DNA of 63,481 bases, filler included, from Blastocystis sp. subtype 4 (Eukaryota): the NCBI RefSeq assembly GCF_000743755.1. It is 3 parts of 3 records of this genome, joined end to end, with 100 filler letters (N's around TTAATTAATTAA, not from the genome) between each part and the next. Parts side by side here need not be neighbours in the genome. Positions count along the whole stretch, not along the records: positions 21,122 to 42,001 come from NW_014569355.1; positions 42,102 to 63,481 come from NW_014569354.1; 1 more part is not named here. The stretch is one strand, 5' to 3'. Positions 24,401-42,797 of this stretch are shown here, piece by piece. The stretch's first letter is position 1, and the number at the start of each line of letters is the position of its first letter. A program made the translations under genes and the position numbers. The notes beneath the pieces are model-generated. The model was given only the letters and a program-made list of their open reading frames with translations. It was not told where the DNA came from and ran no database searches.

Positions 24401-26500
24401 AAGACACGAACCGATGATTCGAAGAAACAGAGTGATATAATGGAGGATCTTCTGGACATCGATTTCTCTGGATATGGTCCAGACGCTGTAAGGATGGACG
24501 AAGGATGGATTACTGAAATTCCCACAACGATGCCACGTCGTCCTGCACCTACTCAGTTTGATGTTCCTGATATACCTCAAGGTGGTTCAGGATTCAATCA
24601 GCCTCCACAAACAGCTTTTGGTCCTTCTGGGTTCAATCAAGCTCCCACCTCTGCCACTACTCCATTCATTCCATCATCTACTCCATCTCCTCTTCCTAAT
24701 GGATATGGGAATGGAGGATACGGAGGATCAATGATAAATCCAATCCCAGCGGAAGGAATGAGTCTATTCGGGAATCAACCTATCTCAATGGACTATTCTG
24801 CTGGTCCTTTCAGTCCATCATATCCAGTCTATTCCTGCATGCCTCAACCATCTATGGCTCCACTCTCGATAACGCAGCCTTCTTTACTCCAGCCTGCCCT
24901 GAATCAGCCGTCTGTAACTCAGCCAGCTCTAGGTCAGCCTTCCATGGCTCAACCATCAATGGCTCAACCTTCCATGGCTCAACCATCAATGACTCAACCT
25001 TCCATGGCTCAACCTTCTATGGCTCAACCGTCAATGACTCAACCTTCCATGGCTCAACCATCAATTAATCAGAATTCACCTCCTGGTCAAGCAAATTTCT
25101 CTGTAGAATATATGTTCTCGCAACCATCAACTCAACCTGACCAGCATAATGAGAACTTCCTATACATGCCTGCGCAGTATCAACCTCCTCGGATTCCCAG
25201 TTATCGACCATCACCGGTACCTCATTCTCCTCATCTTACTGCAGCCCATCCATCTCAACAGCCTTCCATGATAGGACAGCACGTGGCAGATCCTAATGTC
25301 ACAGTGATGCGTCAAGACAGTAGCAAAACTACAATCGTACCACTGGCAAATCCTGCTCGTGAACCACCTCGAGAACAATCTCGACATCAACGTGGTTTAT
25401 CCTCTGTAGTCCGTAATGCTGGCCTTGTAGAAGATGAAGATGAAGACTATGAGGATGAAGAAGACTATGAGTCTCGAGTTGAGAAGAATGAACGTAAGAC
25501 AGATGACACAGTGAAGCAAAAGGTGATGACAGCATTACAAAGTGCACTGAGTGATCTGCAACTAACAGGTATCCAGATCCGATGGGCAGAAATCGAGGTG
25601 GATCAACGAATTGGTGTTGGAGGGTTTGCTATTGTGTATCATGGAATGTACAGGTAATGAATGAAGGATTAATTGATGGATAGAGGATGCGAAGTGGCTG
25701 TAAAGAAACTTCGGGTTTCTCGTATGTCAGCAAAGGCGATTCGTGATTTCCATTCTGAAGTAGTATTGATGAGAGCTCTTCGTCATCCAAATATTGTCCT
25801 GTTTATGGGATTAGTTATGGATCCTGTTTGTCTGGTGACAGAGTACTGTCATAACGGCAACCTATTTGATCTCCTTCACGATACTGTGGATGATGAAGAT
25901 TCCGAAAATTATGCTGTTAAGATCCCATGGCAACGTCGAATTCGAATTGCTTTAGATGTGGCTCGTGGAATGAACTTCCTTCATACTTCTACTCCTGTGA
26001 TTATTCATCGAGATCTGAAGTCTTTGAACATTCTTGTGGATGAGAAATGGACAGCAAAAGTGAGTGACTTTGGTCTGTCTCGTTTCAAGGTAGGTTTATG
26101 GAGGATCTTCAACAGTAGTCTGCAGCTGCGCATGGTATGATGACTGGACAATGTGGTACGTATCAATGGATGGCTCCAGAAGTGATTGGAGGTCATATCT
26201 ATACAGAAAAAGCTGATGTTTACTCTTATGGAGTGAATTTGTGGGAATTGCTAACTCGTAAGATTCCGTATGATGGAATGCAGCCAATGCAGGTGAGAAG
26301 AATGAAGAAGTATTGAAATCTAGGTGGCTATGATGGTTCATACACATAAGAAACGATTACCGATTCCAGATACGTGTCCTGAATGGTACGCTACGCTGAT
26401 TAAGGACTGTTGGGATCAAGATCCTGATGCTCGACCATCGTTTGCTGAAATTATTAAGAGACTTAAGAGAGGAGGTCCAGCACCTACTGTGTACAATTAG
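21417..26500 (+). CDS. Multidomain protein: NAK-like pseudokinase, ANTH-like domain, ArfGAP-like zinc finger, Pro/Gln repeats, TKL kinase
   Basis: Appears continuous after removing short GT-AG introns. C-terminal kinase has [27 protein letters not shown]; ArfGAP region has CVEC-x16-CATC. Confidence 0.8.
24840..25062 (+). repeat. Coding 15-nt minisatellite ([10 protein letters not shown])n
   Basis: Repeated caacc(t/a)tc(c/a)atg(g/a)ct units. Confidence 0.9.
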
Positions 26501-26620
26501 CATAAGCGTAACTTATCTCTTTTAAATTTGTTTGTTTCAATCATGGGGATCCCAAGGAATTGAGAGTGTGAATGGGTTCAATGGTTCGTTCAAATAGGAC
26601 GTAATTTCGTCAGGAAATAG

Positions 26621-27115
26621 ATGGAAGAAGAAAAACTCAACGCCTACATTGATTCTATTCAGAGAGCTGGTCCTCGCGGAGGTGTTGTAGAGAGACAGAA
26701 GATTTGTCTAATATGTAGGGTGGATTAGGTGTAGCTTCGTTTGGTGATGATGAGGAGATCGAAGATGAGGAAAAGAAGAAAGATCCCAAATATGGTAGTT
26801 GATTGTTGATGATCATTGATTCTAGAGTTGTACAAACACTTTGTTCCACCTGGTTGGAAGAGAGTGAATAAGAAGTTAACTGTGTTTGAAGATGAGGATT
26901 CAAAATCATCAAGTTGTGATTTAATGGAATAGTGATGGATAGAGAAAGAAAGCAAAGAGAAGAAGGAGAAGAAACATAAGAAGGAGAAGAAACACAAGAA
27001 GGACAAAAAAGAGAAGAAAGAAAAGGATAAAAAGGATAAAAAGGATAAAAAGGATAAAAAGGATAAAAAGCCGAAAGAAAAGAAGGAAAAGAAACATAAG
27101 AAGCATTCTGAGTGA
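26621..27115 (+). CDS. Small Lys-rich hypothetical protein with a (KKD)n tail
   Basis: Spliced ORF ending KKDKKDKK...KHSE*; (aaaaaggat)n at about 27019-27070. Confidence 0.55.
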
Positions 27116-27391
27116 TGAACACAGAATCGGTTTTAGCTTATTAACTGTCATTTACTATAAATGTTTCCTTGTTATCTTCATACTCTTAAATAGGATGTCA
27201 ATCCATACCAATAAATCCAACTAGTAATTCAATCTTGATTCCTGAACCAACAGATTTATCTCATATCCTAATAATAATAGATTTACCATCAAAAAAGGAT
27301 AATCCGCAAGATTGACGAAAAAACCGTTACATTAAGGCATGAACCAAGAAGAATAGAAATCCAATTAATACAGTGATATTTATTCAAAGTT

Positions 27392-29332
27392 ATGGATCCA
27401 AAAGAATTGGATAAGGAAAAGAAAGTGAAAGAGAAGGAAATGGAGTCAATAAAAGAGAAAGAGTCAAAACAGGCTCTTGAAACAGGAAAGAAGCATGAAA
27501 AAACTGTGCAAGAAGAGACAAAGAAAAAATTTACTCAAATTCTTGATACTACTCGTGTAGAAAGGATCGCTCCTTATTCTGATCCCTAGATCCGACGTCG
27601 AGATCCAAAAATGTCAGGAGCGTCTCCTAATAATGTGAAGTTCTGCTATAAGGGGGTGGATTACTCCATTTTTGTTCCATCATCGATCACTGAACCCCTA
27701 CTTTGTAAGCATATCTTACATGTAATGATTCTGGAATTGGGTAATAATTAGGAATTGAATCGTCGTAAACAGTATGTATTTCTTCCAGAAATCGATGTCC
27801 AGGCTAAGTCATTCCTTACAAAGGGTAAAAATGGAAAAAGTCACTTGTCGATTCCTGATGGTTATATCATTCCTGTTCTTGCTGTTGAAGTTGACCGTTC
27901 TTATGCTCCCTCGAATTCTGTAGACCTTACTACTAGAAAGAGTGTAATAGAATTCATGGACAAGTTGAATAAAGGTCAGTATGCTGATAAGGAGACCTTA
28001 ATCATCACAGCAAGCAGTAAACTTTCTAGAAACATTTTAGTAATAGAGAATTTGAATTGGGAACAATTGAAGAGAGTATTATTAACAGTTATGGTTCAAC
28101 CATTCCCTCACCTTCATACTATCACTCTAAATCGTATTGATGAGCGATAAGTATCATTACTAGTCTATCGTGCAGTAAGCAAAGGGTTTTTAACCAAACT
28201 AGTGATCACTTCTTTCATGCCAGAATTGCAACAGATTGTGGTGAATTGTAACCTAAATAGAGTCATGGTTATTCATAGATAGTATAACAGGAGATTCATA
28301 TGATCTTCGAGAGAAACGACAAAATGATAAGAAGAGGGCGGCTCAGAAAAAGGCGGCTCAGAAAAAGACTGTAACCCCAGAGAAGCCACAACCATCACCT
28401 CTCAAATCAACATCGCATCTGAATGCCAATGCAGAGGCATTTGTCCCTGCAGGTTATTTCGTTCCTCATTCTGCCACATACCGAAATTACAAGATGAAGA
28501 CGACTCTGGATGATCGAACACAAGAAGTGGATTGGGAGCGTGACTATGCTCGTGTTGACTTCACACGTCGTTTCAGCATATCCGAAGAGCGTGCGAATCC
28601 GAATGCGACGGAAGCTACGAAGAATGCTACGGTATTCTTCAGAAATAGCAATCGGAAACACAGAAACATTAATCGGAATAATATTCCACAAGGAAAACTA
28701 CCTGAAATTGAACAGTTGATTCTGGATCTGGCTTTGGATCAGTCACAGTTGTTGAGTATTCGCATCAGTGGGATTTCATAATATTCAATGATCACTAGAC
28801 ATGCCTGTGGATGCATCAGTGTTTACTCGTTTCATAGAGGCGTTTATCTCAGCAAATTGTGTTTCCATTAATACCTTGTGTTTGTGTCGTATGACTGAAG
28901 ATAGTTCATGAGACATAGAAATCGATTTCACGGGAATTTCATGTGACTTGTTGAAGGAGTTTATGGAGTGCAAGAATATGCAGAATCTGGAAGTATTGAG
29001 CTTCATGAGTAGAAATAATGATAATGAATAATGAATAGAATCAACTCTGAGTGATGAACAGTTGAAAGTGATTCTAGAAGCTATTTTGAATCATCACATG
29101 GACAACTTACAAGATATGAATTTCGAAGATGTGACATTCTCCATGTCAAATCTGGAGTTACTTCATCAGATTATCCATGATCAAGTGTTGTTGAAGATAT
29201 GGTGTATTCATCTTCGAAGTAATGAATGATTATATGAGTTGATATGTAGATATCATGGATGGCTTTGATCCGAAGAAGTTGGAACTTATCAAAGACATTT
29301 TTAATACAATCAATATAGGCAAAATGTTGTAG
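27392..29332 (+). CDS. Hypothetical protein with degenerate LRR-like C-terminal region
   Basis: Multi-exon frame with LxxLxL-like segments (LPEIEQLILD, MQNLEVLSF, LQDMNF); ends KML TAG. Confidence 0.55.
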
Positions 29333-29334
29333 GA

Positions 29335-29350
29335 TGTTTGTTAACAAACA
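29335..29350. terminator. Palindromic bidirectional 3'-end signal TGTTTGTTAACAAACA
   Basis: Perfect 16-bp palindrome made of two head-to-head TGTTTGTT motifs between convergent genes. Confidence 0.8.
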
Positions 29351-29354
29351 ATGG

Positions 29355-30077
29355 ACATTTCTCTATGTAGAATGTTTTGTAGCTTTTCTATCAGTTCTTC
29401 TAATGATTGATCTGTCTCTTGATTCTCTTTTCGTTCATTTTCCACTAATTGCAGAGCATCTACACTCCGCTGAAGAATCTCTTTTGCTTCTTTTAACTGG
29501 TTCTGAACCTCTTCGATCTTCTCTCTCTTCTCCTTGATTTGAATCCTCAGTCCTCGAATTAACTCTTCTCGGAACTGATAAACACGCATCAGATTCAATA
29601 GCCGAATCATATTTGAGGTCACCAACTGAACCTCTCCTAAATTTGTTCTATACATCAAGGATGAGAGATGCAATGACTGGATCACTTCCTCTCCTTCTTT
29701 GTCTATATTCTTTAAAAAATGAACATACACTCTCATAAGACGATGGAGAAGACTACATGTCAAATACTCTCAACTTATCTACTCTTTGATATCTACAGCC
29801 TTTTGAGGTCCATTTTCAATATATTTCGTTTCATTGTAGAGATATTCCCATTGTTTACTCACGTAATCAGGAAGAGGCGTCTGTATGTCAGCAAGTCCAT
29901 CAACAACAAACATCGATATTTCGGACAACTCCAAAACTCCAAAAGTCACCTTTCATCGGTGGTGGAGGTCGTTTTTGATAGGTTGCTGAATCTGGATATT
30001 TAGTTCCATCTTTCACTAGTACCATATTCTCTGTAATAGTTTGGAGGTTTGGAAAATGTTGATTCAATTTCCGTCAT
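29355..30077 (-). CDS. MED7: Mediator subunit 7; stop probably completed by poly(A)
   Basis: STFSKPPNYYREY, PPPMK, NMIRLLNLMRVYQFREEL followed by a coiled coil. Confidence 0.8.
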
Positions 30078-30104
30078 CAGAATGTGAGACAAATAGAAAC
30101 CGAC

Positions 30105-31199
30105 ATGTCTGGACCGAAGTGTTTCTTTGATATTTCGATCGGAGGTAAAGAGGGTAGGAGTAGTTTCACTCCTATTATTGTAGTGGGTCGGATTGTGATG
30201 CAACTCTATGCTGTAAGAGCATCATTTAATTTTCATGTATAGGATGTTCCAAAAACTGCAGAGAACTTCCGGTATACATAAGAGTTATGGTTTATTGTCA
30301 GAGCACTTTGTACAGGAGAGAAAGGGATGGGAACAAGTGGAAGACCACTCCATTATCGTGGATCCAAATTCCATCGTGTGATCAAGGACTTCATGATTCA
30401 AGGAGGCGATTTTACGAAATTTGTTTGCATTGGACTCTTAATCTCAGTTGTAGAATGGAACTGGTGGTGAAAGTATTTATGGTCGGAAGTTCAACGATGA
30501 ATCCTTTTCTCACAATCATACACGTGCTGGTTTGCTGAGCATGGCAAATGCTGGTCCCAACAGCAACGGATCTCAGTTCTTCATCACCACTGTTCCGTGT
30601 CCTCATCTTGATGGGAAGCATGTTGTGTTTGGAGAAGTGGTCGAGGGAATGGACATTGTACGTGCTATTGAGAATCAGCCTGTTGGAAAAGACGACTCTC
30701 CTTTGAAGGAGTGTATCATCATTGGCTGTGGTGAGATCAAGGAGAAGAAGGAGGAGAGAAAGTCTCCATCTCATCATCATCACCGACATCATCGGCATCA
30801 TTCACATCATAGGAACGAAGAGAAAGGAGATGAGAGTAGAAACAGTGCGGAGAAATCGATATCTGAAGCAAAAGAAGATAAAGAGGAAGAAAAGACTACT
30901 GAGGAGAAGCCAAGAGAAGTAGAACCGTTCCACATGGTAGTTCTCCTGATCTCATTTAAGGCTAGATTGATAAGAATGGATGTGAACTGAAGGGACGAGG
31001 ACACAGGTAGAATCAAAAATTCACCTTACTGTGTAGAGACCATGTCCGAAGTCGTTTTAGTTGGGGAAATCGAGATCGATCCCGCAGTAGAGATTACCAC
31101 AGGTATTCCATTTTGAAAGCATTTAAGTTTAGGCGAGATCGACGATTAAGTAAAGATCGTCATCGAAGTCGTAGTCATTCACACCATTCACACCATTAA
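30105..31199 (+). CDS. Cyclophilin-type PPIase with His/Arg/Ser-rich tail (PPIG-like)
   Basis: [61 protein letters not shown]. Confidence 0.93.
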
Positions 31200-31269
31200 T
31201 ATTATTTGTTGTTTGTTATCCAATCCTAACATTTCTTTCTTAGTTGTTTCTTTCAGTTTCTTCTTCAAC

Positions 31270-33065
31270 ATGCAAGATTTTGTGACAGACCAGCAGCGAG
31301 TCGTTCGTACATTCGATGAGGTTGGGATTTAGTTGGATTAACACTGTTAGGAGATGTCATTTATTCATCCTGATGGAGTTTGCCGATATCGGATTGACAA
31401 GGGCTTTGTGAAGAACCAGAAAGTGTGTTACTATTATCTGAATTGTGATTTAGGTCCCTGGTTATGTGTATGTCAATGATAACTTAAAAACTCTTCTCCT
31501 TGATGAACTGAGACAGTACACTGATAGAAAGGACAATTCAGGTGGATTTATCCCTGCTGTCAAACAGTTGGCAAATGTAGCAGCTCTTCCTGGTGTTGTT
31601 GATGTAATCGATTGATTCATTTTATCATCTATCAGCATGTTTGTGCTGCCCCAGATACACACAGTGGGTATGGATTTGCTATTGGGAACATTGCTGCCTT
31701 TAATATGGATGATCCAAATGCTGTTGTATCGCCTGGTTATTATTTCTGAAATGTATTACATTTAGGTGGTGTTGGTTATGACATCAACTGTGGTGTGAGG
31801 CTGATCCGAACCAATCTGGATGAAAAGGACTTAGCTCCAGTGAAAGAAGAGTTGGCACAAGCATTGTATGATCATATTCCTGTGGGTGTGGGATCGAAGG
31901 GCATTATCCCTGTTAACAATACGAATCTAGTGGATGCAATGGTATGAATATGAAATAAACTTGAATTCCAGACCCTTGGAATGGATTGGTGTTTGCGTGA
32001 AGGTTATTCATGGAGTGAAGATAAAGAGCATTGTGAAGAGTATGGAAGAATGCTAAATGCAGATGCTTCTAAGGTATCTGCACGTGCTCAACAGCGTGGT
32101 TTACCTCAAATGGGCACATTAGGTGCAGGTAACCACTACGCGGAAATTCAGGTTGTGGACGAAATCTTTGATGTAGCAGCAGCAAGAAAGATGGGTGTTG
32201 ATCATAAGGGACAAGTTGTTGTCATGATTCACAGTGGGAGTCGTGGACTGGGCCATCAAGTGGCTTCTGATTCTCTTGTGGATATGGAACGTGTGATGCA
32301 TCAGTATGGAATCGAGGTGAATGATCGGTAACAACATAACATGGGATTCACTGTAGACAACTGGCTTGTGCTCCAATTCATTCTCCTGAGGGTCAAAGTT
32401 ATCTTCGGGGTATGGCTGCTGCTGCTAATTTCGCCTGGGTGAACCGTTCGGTTCTCACTTTCTTGACGCGTCAGGCTTTCAGCAAAGTGTTCAATGAATC
32501 GCCAGACGATCTTGATATGCATGTCATTTATGATGTGTCTCACAACATTGCCAAGATCGAACAACATGTCGTGAATGACAAACCAATGAATCTTCTTGTC
32601 CACAGAAAGGGTGCTACACGTGCATTCCCACCTCATCACCCTCTAATCCCTGTTGACTATCAAGTTTGTATGCACATTCGATTCTTATGTCTAGTTCACA
32701 GGACAGCCTGTTCTTGTCGGCGGATCGATGGGAACCTGTTCCTATGTCCTTGTAGGAACGGATAAAGGATTTAAGGAAACTTGGGGAAGCACCTGCCATG
32801 GAGCTGGTCGCGCCTTGAGTCGAGCTAAAGCTCGTCGTGAACTGACTTATGAAGAAGTTATTGAAAAACTAAAGGAGAAGAACATTACCATTCGTATGGC
32901 CTCGCCCAAATTGGTGATGGAAGAAGCCCCTGAAAGTTATAAAGATGTTGAAGATGTCTGTAATACATGTAGGTATTTATTTCCAATTCTTGATGAACAG
33001 GTCATGAAGCTGGTATCTCTAAGAAGGTCCTCAAGTTGCGTCCAGCTGCAGTTATTAAGGGATAG
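31270..33065 (+). CDS. RTCB: RNA-splicing ligase RtcB
   Basis: [67 protein letters not shown]. Confidence 0.96.
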
Positions 33066-33179
33066 TAGTGAAATATTGTTTCTTGTCTCAGATGTCGTTG
33101 ATCACTAAGGGTTGCAATAATAGGTTCTGCCGAAATGCAAAACATTCATTTCATTTTCCCGTACGTGTTTATTCATACC

Positions 33180-33468
33180 ATGCCTGTATATTCTTGTATA
33201 AATGTGTAATTGGGTAGGAATCAAGAGAGATGAGACTGCGAAGCAAGAAATTCGAGAAGGATGGAAGAGAGGGTAAACTTGCTTCTCCTAAGGTAGATTT
33301 TTCATATTGATCCTTGACTAGACAGAAGGAAGATACAAAGTATCCTGTTGGTCCTTGGGCTATGGCTTTCTTTGCTTTCGTGATTCTTGGATCTAGTATT
33401 GTCTGATTGTCATTGTTAATTCGTTAGCTCTCTTCCAGTTCATAAGCTTGTGGTTCAGCCGAAACTAA
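33180..33468 (+). CDS. SERP1: Stress-associated ER protein SERP1/RAMP4 (absent from the ORF track)
   Basis: Four tiny exons give MPESREMRLRSKKFEK...[25 protein letters not shown]. Confidence 0.82.
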
Positions 33469-33543
33469 GTGATTCGATATTTGTGAGGGTTATTGAATGT
33501 TATAGTAGTTTCTGTTTGTTTGAAGAAACAGATAGAATTCACA

Positions 33544-35606
33544 TTACTCGAAATCATCGAAGTCGAAATCCTCATCCTCCACAGGCTTTACAGGCTTCTT
33601 TGCAGCTTTCTTTACCTTTGGAGCAGGAGCAGGTTCAGGTTCTTCATCAAAGTCAAAGTCTTCATCATCTATCTCTTCTTTCTTTTCCTTCTTCACCTTC
33701 TTTACCTTCTTCACCTTCTTTACCTTCTTTACTTTCTTCACCTTCTTCTCTTCCTTTTCCTCCTTCTCTTCAGCAGGCTCATCAAAATCATCAACATTTG
33801 TAGTCTCATCCACAGCAAAGTCGTCCACCTCATCACTCATCTTCCGTGGCATTGTAGGTATCGTAGGCATTTCTGTATCCACACGCGCTTCAGGAATATC
33901 ATCAATTTGCATCGAGCTCAAGTCCAGATTCACTGTTGTTGCTGCTTCGGCACCTACGTCGAAGAGAATCTGTTCCAGCTCATCAATATGAATCTTTGAC
34001 TTCATTGCTATCCATATTTCATTCGCCTCCAATTGCTCCTTCAAGTAGGCATCCTCAGCCATCTGATCACGCAAATGGACAGCCAAATGATTGTACTGAC
34101 CACGCAATGGGACACGCTTCTATCCATCATCTCACTCAACTTTCACTACCATCTGCACACCTTCACTCATCTGAGTAAGGACATTCGTCTTTGTGAGAAT
34201 AGCGTCTGTTACCGTCTTCTGCTTTCGTGAGAACTGCTCTGCGATACTATCCAACACATGACTGTGAAGATACGTATTGTAAGGGAATGCAATCATCATA
34301 TCCAAGAGGTGAGAAATCAATCCCTCTTCCACTGCCTTCAAGAACATGGCGTCTTCACAATACTCAAAGAAATGATGGAACATCTCAGCCAACATCATCA
34401 TACTCTGAGGACACACACGACGCTCTTTGGCATCAGGTCCTACGATGGTATTCTCATTCTTCATCTCTCGTTCCATTAAACCATTGAAGTCCGCAATATG
34501 ACTCATCAGCACTTCACATACTGAAGCAGTCTTGGCTGTCTCCTTGAAGGTTCCCATCACACGACGATCACGATCATCCAATCCTTCGGTGTGCAACTCA
34601 TTATCTTCACCTCCCAGACCAAACTTCTCTGTTGGAAGGGAGGTCCAGAAAATACGAGAAATAACGGCAAACACATTATACGCCACAAATTGATCTTCTG
34701 TCTCAAAGGCAAGTTTTAGAAGTTTCTCAATCACAGGACCAGTAAGAAGATAAGGAACCAATTGGACACAAGATCGTTCGGGTTCTGAAGTCCTAAGGTG
34801 AAATCATTTTTCTATCACCTACACATATACAGTTGCTCTCTGGATAATTGATACCAGCAGAAGGTAGACATATCCAGCCATTTCTGGCTTATTGAGACAT
34901 GTAATGAAAGGATCAATCAAAACAGCATTCTCATTCCACCATGGTTTTCCATCTACAATTGACTCTGTTGATATATAGGTACTTATAAGAGGAATATCGA
35001 GAAGGAAACGTACTATATCACATGTTCCAAGATGATTCATGTTGCGAGCCAAACTAGCGATGACTTCGTTAGCATGCTCTGAAACATAGTTGTACATCTC
35101 CGTAGGACCTGCTGACACGAAAGCAGAAACAAGCTTGGCAATATAACCAGCTTCTCTAGGAATCAACTCTGTTAAACAGGCCATACGTCTTCTTCAGATC
35201 TTTATCCTTGATCAAACCAAACAGACTTCCAATCACACTGGAATCCTGAAGAAGCTCAGCAAGAGAAGCCTTAGGAAGACAAATAAGACACTCTGCAGCC
35301 TGATAAGGAGCTTTGTATTTGTCAAAGTCATCAGCATCCTCTGCTTGTTCCTCAATCACCCTAAACAGGAACAACCATATTCTTTCCCTACTTAAACAAA
35401 GCCTTTGCGATTTCAGGCTTCTTGAGATATCCAATTAAATTATCATTCAATCCATTCACTTCCTGAATAAGATCTTCACTCTTCAACACATCTTCAAGCC
35501 TCACATCCTCGCGATCAAGCAGATCATCAATTCCTCTATTCATCATAGGGTGGATACATAGTTACCCTTCGTCATCCTGAAAATCGGCACAATCCCAAAT
35601 TGACAT
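33544..35606 (-). CDS. SIT4/PP6 phosphatase-associated (SAPS-domain) protein
   Basis: LLDREDVRLEDVLKSEDLIQE, KYKAPYQAAECL, AGYIAKLV, FPYNTYLHSHV, MRGQYNHLA. Confidence 0.82.
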
Positions 35607-35769
35607 TCTATAATCTACAGGATCGATAAGAGTCATCTCAACAACATTACACAAACCTACTTCACGTCTAGATATCACGTTTTTGGAGATGATATCAGCA
35701 CATGTATAGTGATAATCTTGATAATAATGAAATGATAATCACTGTAACAACAAACACGTTAAACCCTAC

Positions 35770-41233
<5,464 letters not shown>

Positions 41234-42001
41234 TATGAATCAATAACTATTCGCCAAATTCACACTTTCCTAAAAACGAAAAGGACTTGCTTATGACTAA
41301 ATGAAGTTAGAATAGTAATTGCAATCAATGCGCAAAGACCAGAGGAACATCTGTACCTCTGCTTTGGCTCCCCGATTGTCAAAAATGTCGAGAAACTTCC
41401 ACGAATAATTCACCACAAACAGCCACAAAAACAAACTCCCCATACCCGTAGTAACTTCTTCGCGGAATTCGGGATCTTCCGTCAAAGCTGATTGATGAAT
41501 TCAAAAGCCTGTTTTCAACGTAACTCCCGTTTCGGAGGCGTTTCCTCCTTATTCATTGCCATCATGATCAAAAAATCGCGGTTCCTATCATTTGGAATAG
41601 CGGTTATTTGTAGATCCTTCTCTGTTGGTGGGAACGAAGTTGATTTGGTGGCAAGAGTGTTGGTTGCAAAGAGCTATTTAAAATAAGCGCATCTTGGTTC
41701 TTAGTTTGGGAAGTTCGAGAGAAGACCGCCTGTTTCTCTGTTTTGACCATTTCTCTCTAAATGAAGATCATTCTGGACTTATTTCTTTTGAATCTCTTTG
41801 TAGAGTCTGCAGTAGATGTGAGATAATGTTCTTTGGTTCCATTTTCACAAAGTCTCGCAACAACCATACTAATGATTTCAATAAACATGTTAAACGCAGC
41901 AACTTACAGACGAATCTGATAATCTCCAGAACGGGTCATGTAACGCACCCACTTGGTGGTTTGATAGGAAGACTTCTCGTACACCTTTAAGAAACGCACA
42001 T

Positions 42002-42101
42002 NNNNNNNNNNNNNNNNNNNNNNNNNNNNNNNNNNNNNNNNNNNNTTAATTAATTAANNNNNNNNNNNNNNNNNNNNNNNNNNNNNNNNNNNNNNNNNNN
42101 N
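42002..42101. other. Assembly gap with TTAATTAATTAA linker
   Basis: N run with the linker at 42046-42057. Confidence 0.97.
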
Positions 42102-42797
42102 CATTCCTTCCATTTCAGGATGAATCACAAATCCATTCACCATATCTCCAAACCATACTCCTTCATACACCTTCTTTCCATTATCATCAAACAATCTCAT
42201 TAATCCATTATCGGTGAATTCTCGAATCATTCTCTTCTTCATTCCATTTTCATACACACATTCTCTCTTCAAGTGTCCTGATTCCACTTCAAAACATATT
42301 CCATTCTTCATCCACTTATCATCATATTCACTCACACTCAGCAATTCCCCATTCATATTCACTTCTGAATAGAATCCTTTCATTGCTTCTTGTTCCTTCA
42401 GTGTTACATATCGCTTTCCATTTCGATACAATCCTCTCCATATCTCAGTTCCATCATCATATTCTATCCACATTCCAACTTCCTTTCCTTTTGATACTCT
42501 TCCTTTCAATACTGTAATACCATACTTATTCTTCTTTATCACTTCTCCTTCACATTCATCATTCACAAACATCATTCTCATAAACAGTGTTCCATCCTCT
42601 CTCAACAACAATCCAATTCCTTCTTTCTTTCCTTCTTTCATTGATACTCTCAACTCATACTCTTCATTATCTATCAATAATCTCATTATCGCTTCTCCAC
42701 TCAACTCACTACCACTCTTCATTTCAACACTCTTTATCTCATAATTACCAAGGAATTCAAGAGATGAACAAGAATTAGTAACATTGATGTTGCTCAT
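42102..42797 (-). CDS. MORN-like/beta-hairpin repeat protein, 3'-truncated by the gap
   Basis: Repeats such as EGKKEGIG, GKEVGMWIEY, WRGLYRNGKR, YEGVWFGD. Confidence 0.7.

Noticed and set aside
24840..25062. Regular short repeats as a possible CRISPR-like array
   Set aside because: No unique spacers; it is an in-frame coding minisatellite in a eukaryotic gene.
26655..27151. Phe/Leu-rich minus-strand ORFs that look like membrane proteins
   Set aside because: Antisense of the Lys-rich (KKD)n repeat gene.
18173..33065. RNase Z and RtcB as a tRNA-processing cluster
   Set aside because: Separated by unrelated genes and an assembly gap; both are ordinary housekeeping genes.
41600..42001. ORF 41694-41990 (+) and a possible minus-strand gene end
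   Set aside because: No recognisable motifs; the minus strand may hold the 3' end of a gene cut by the gap, but no reliable model could be built.
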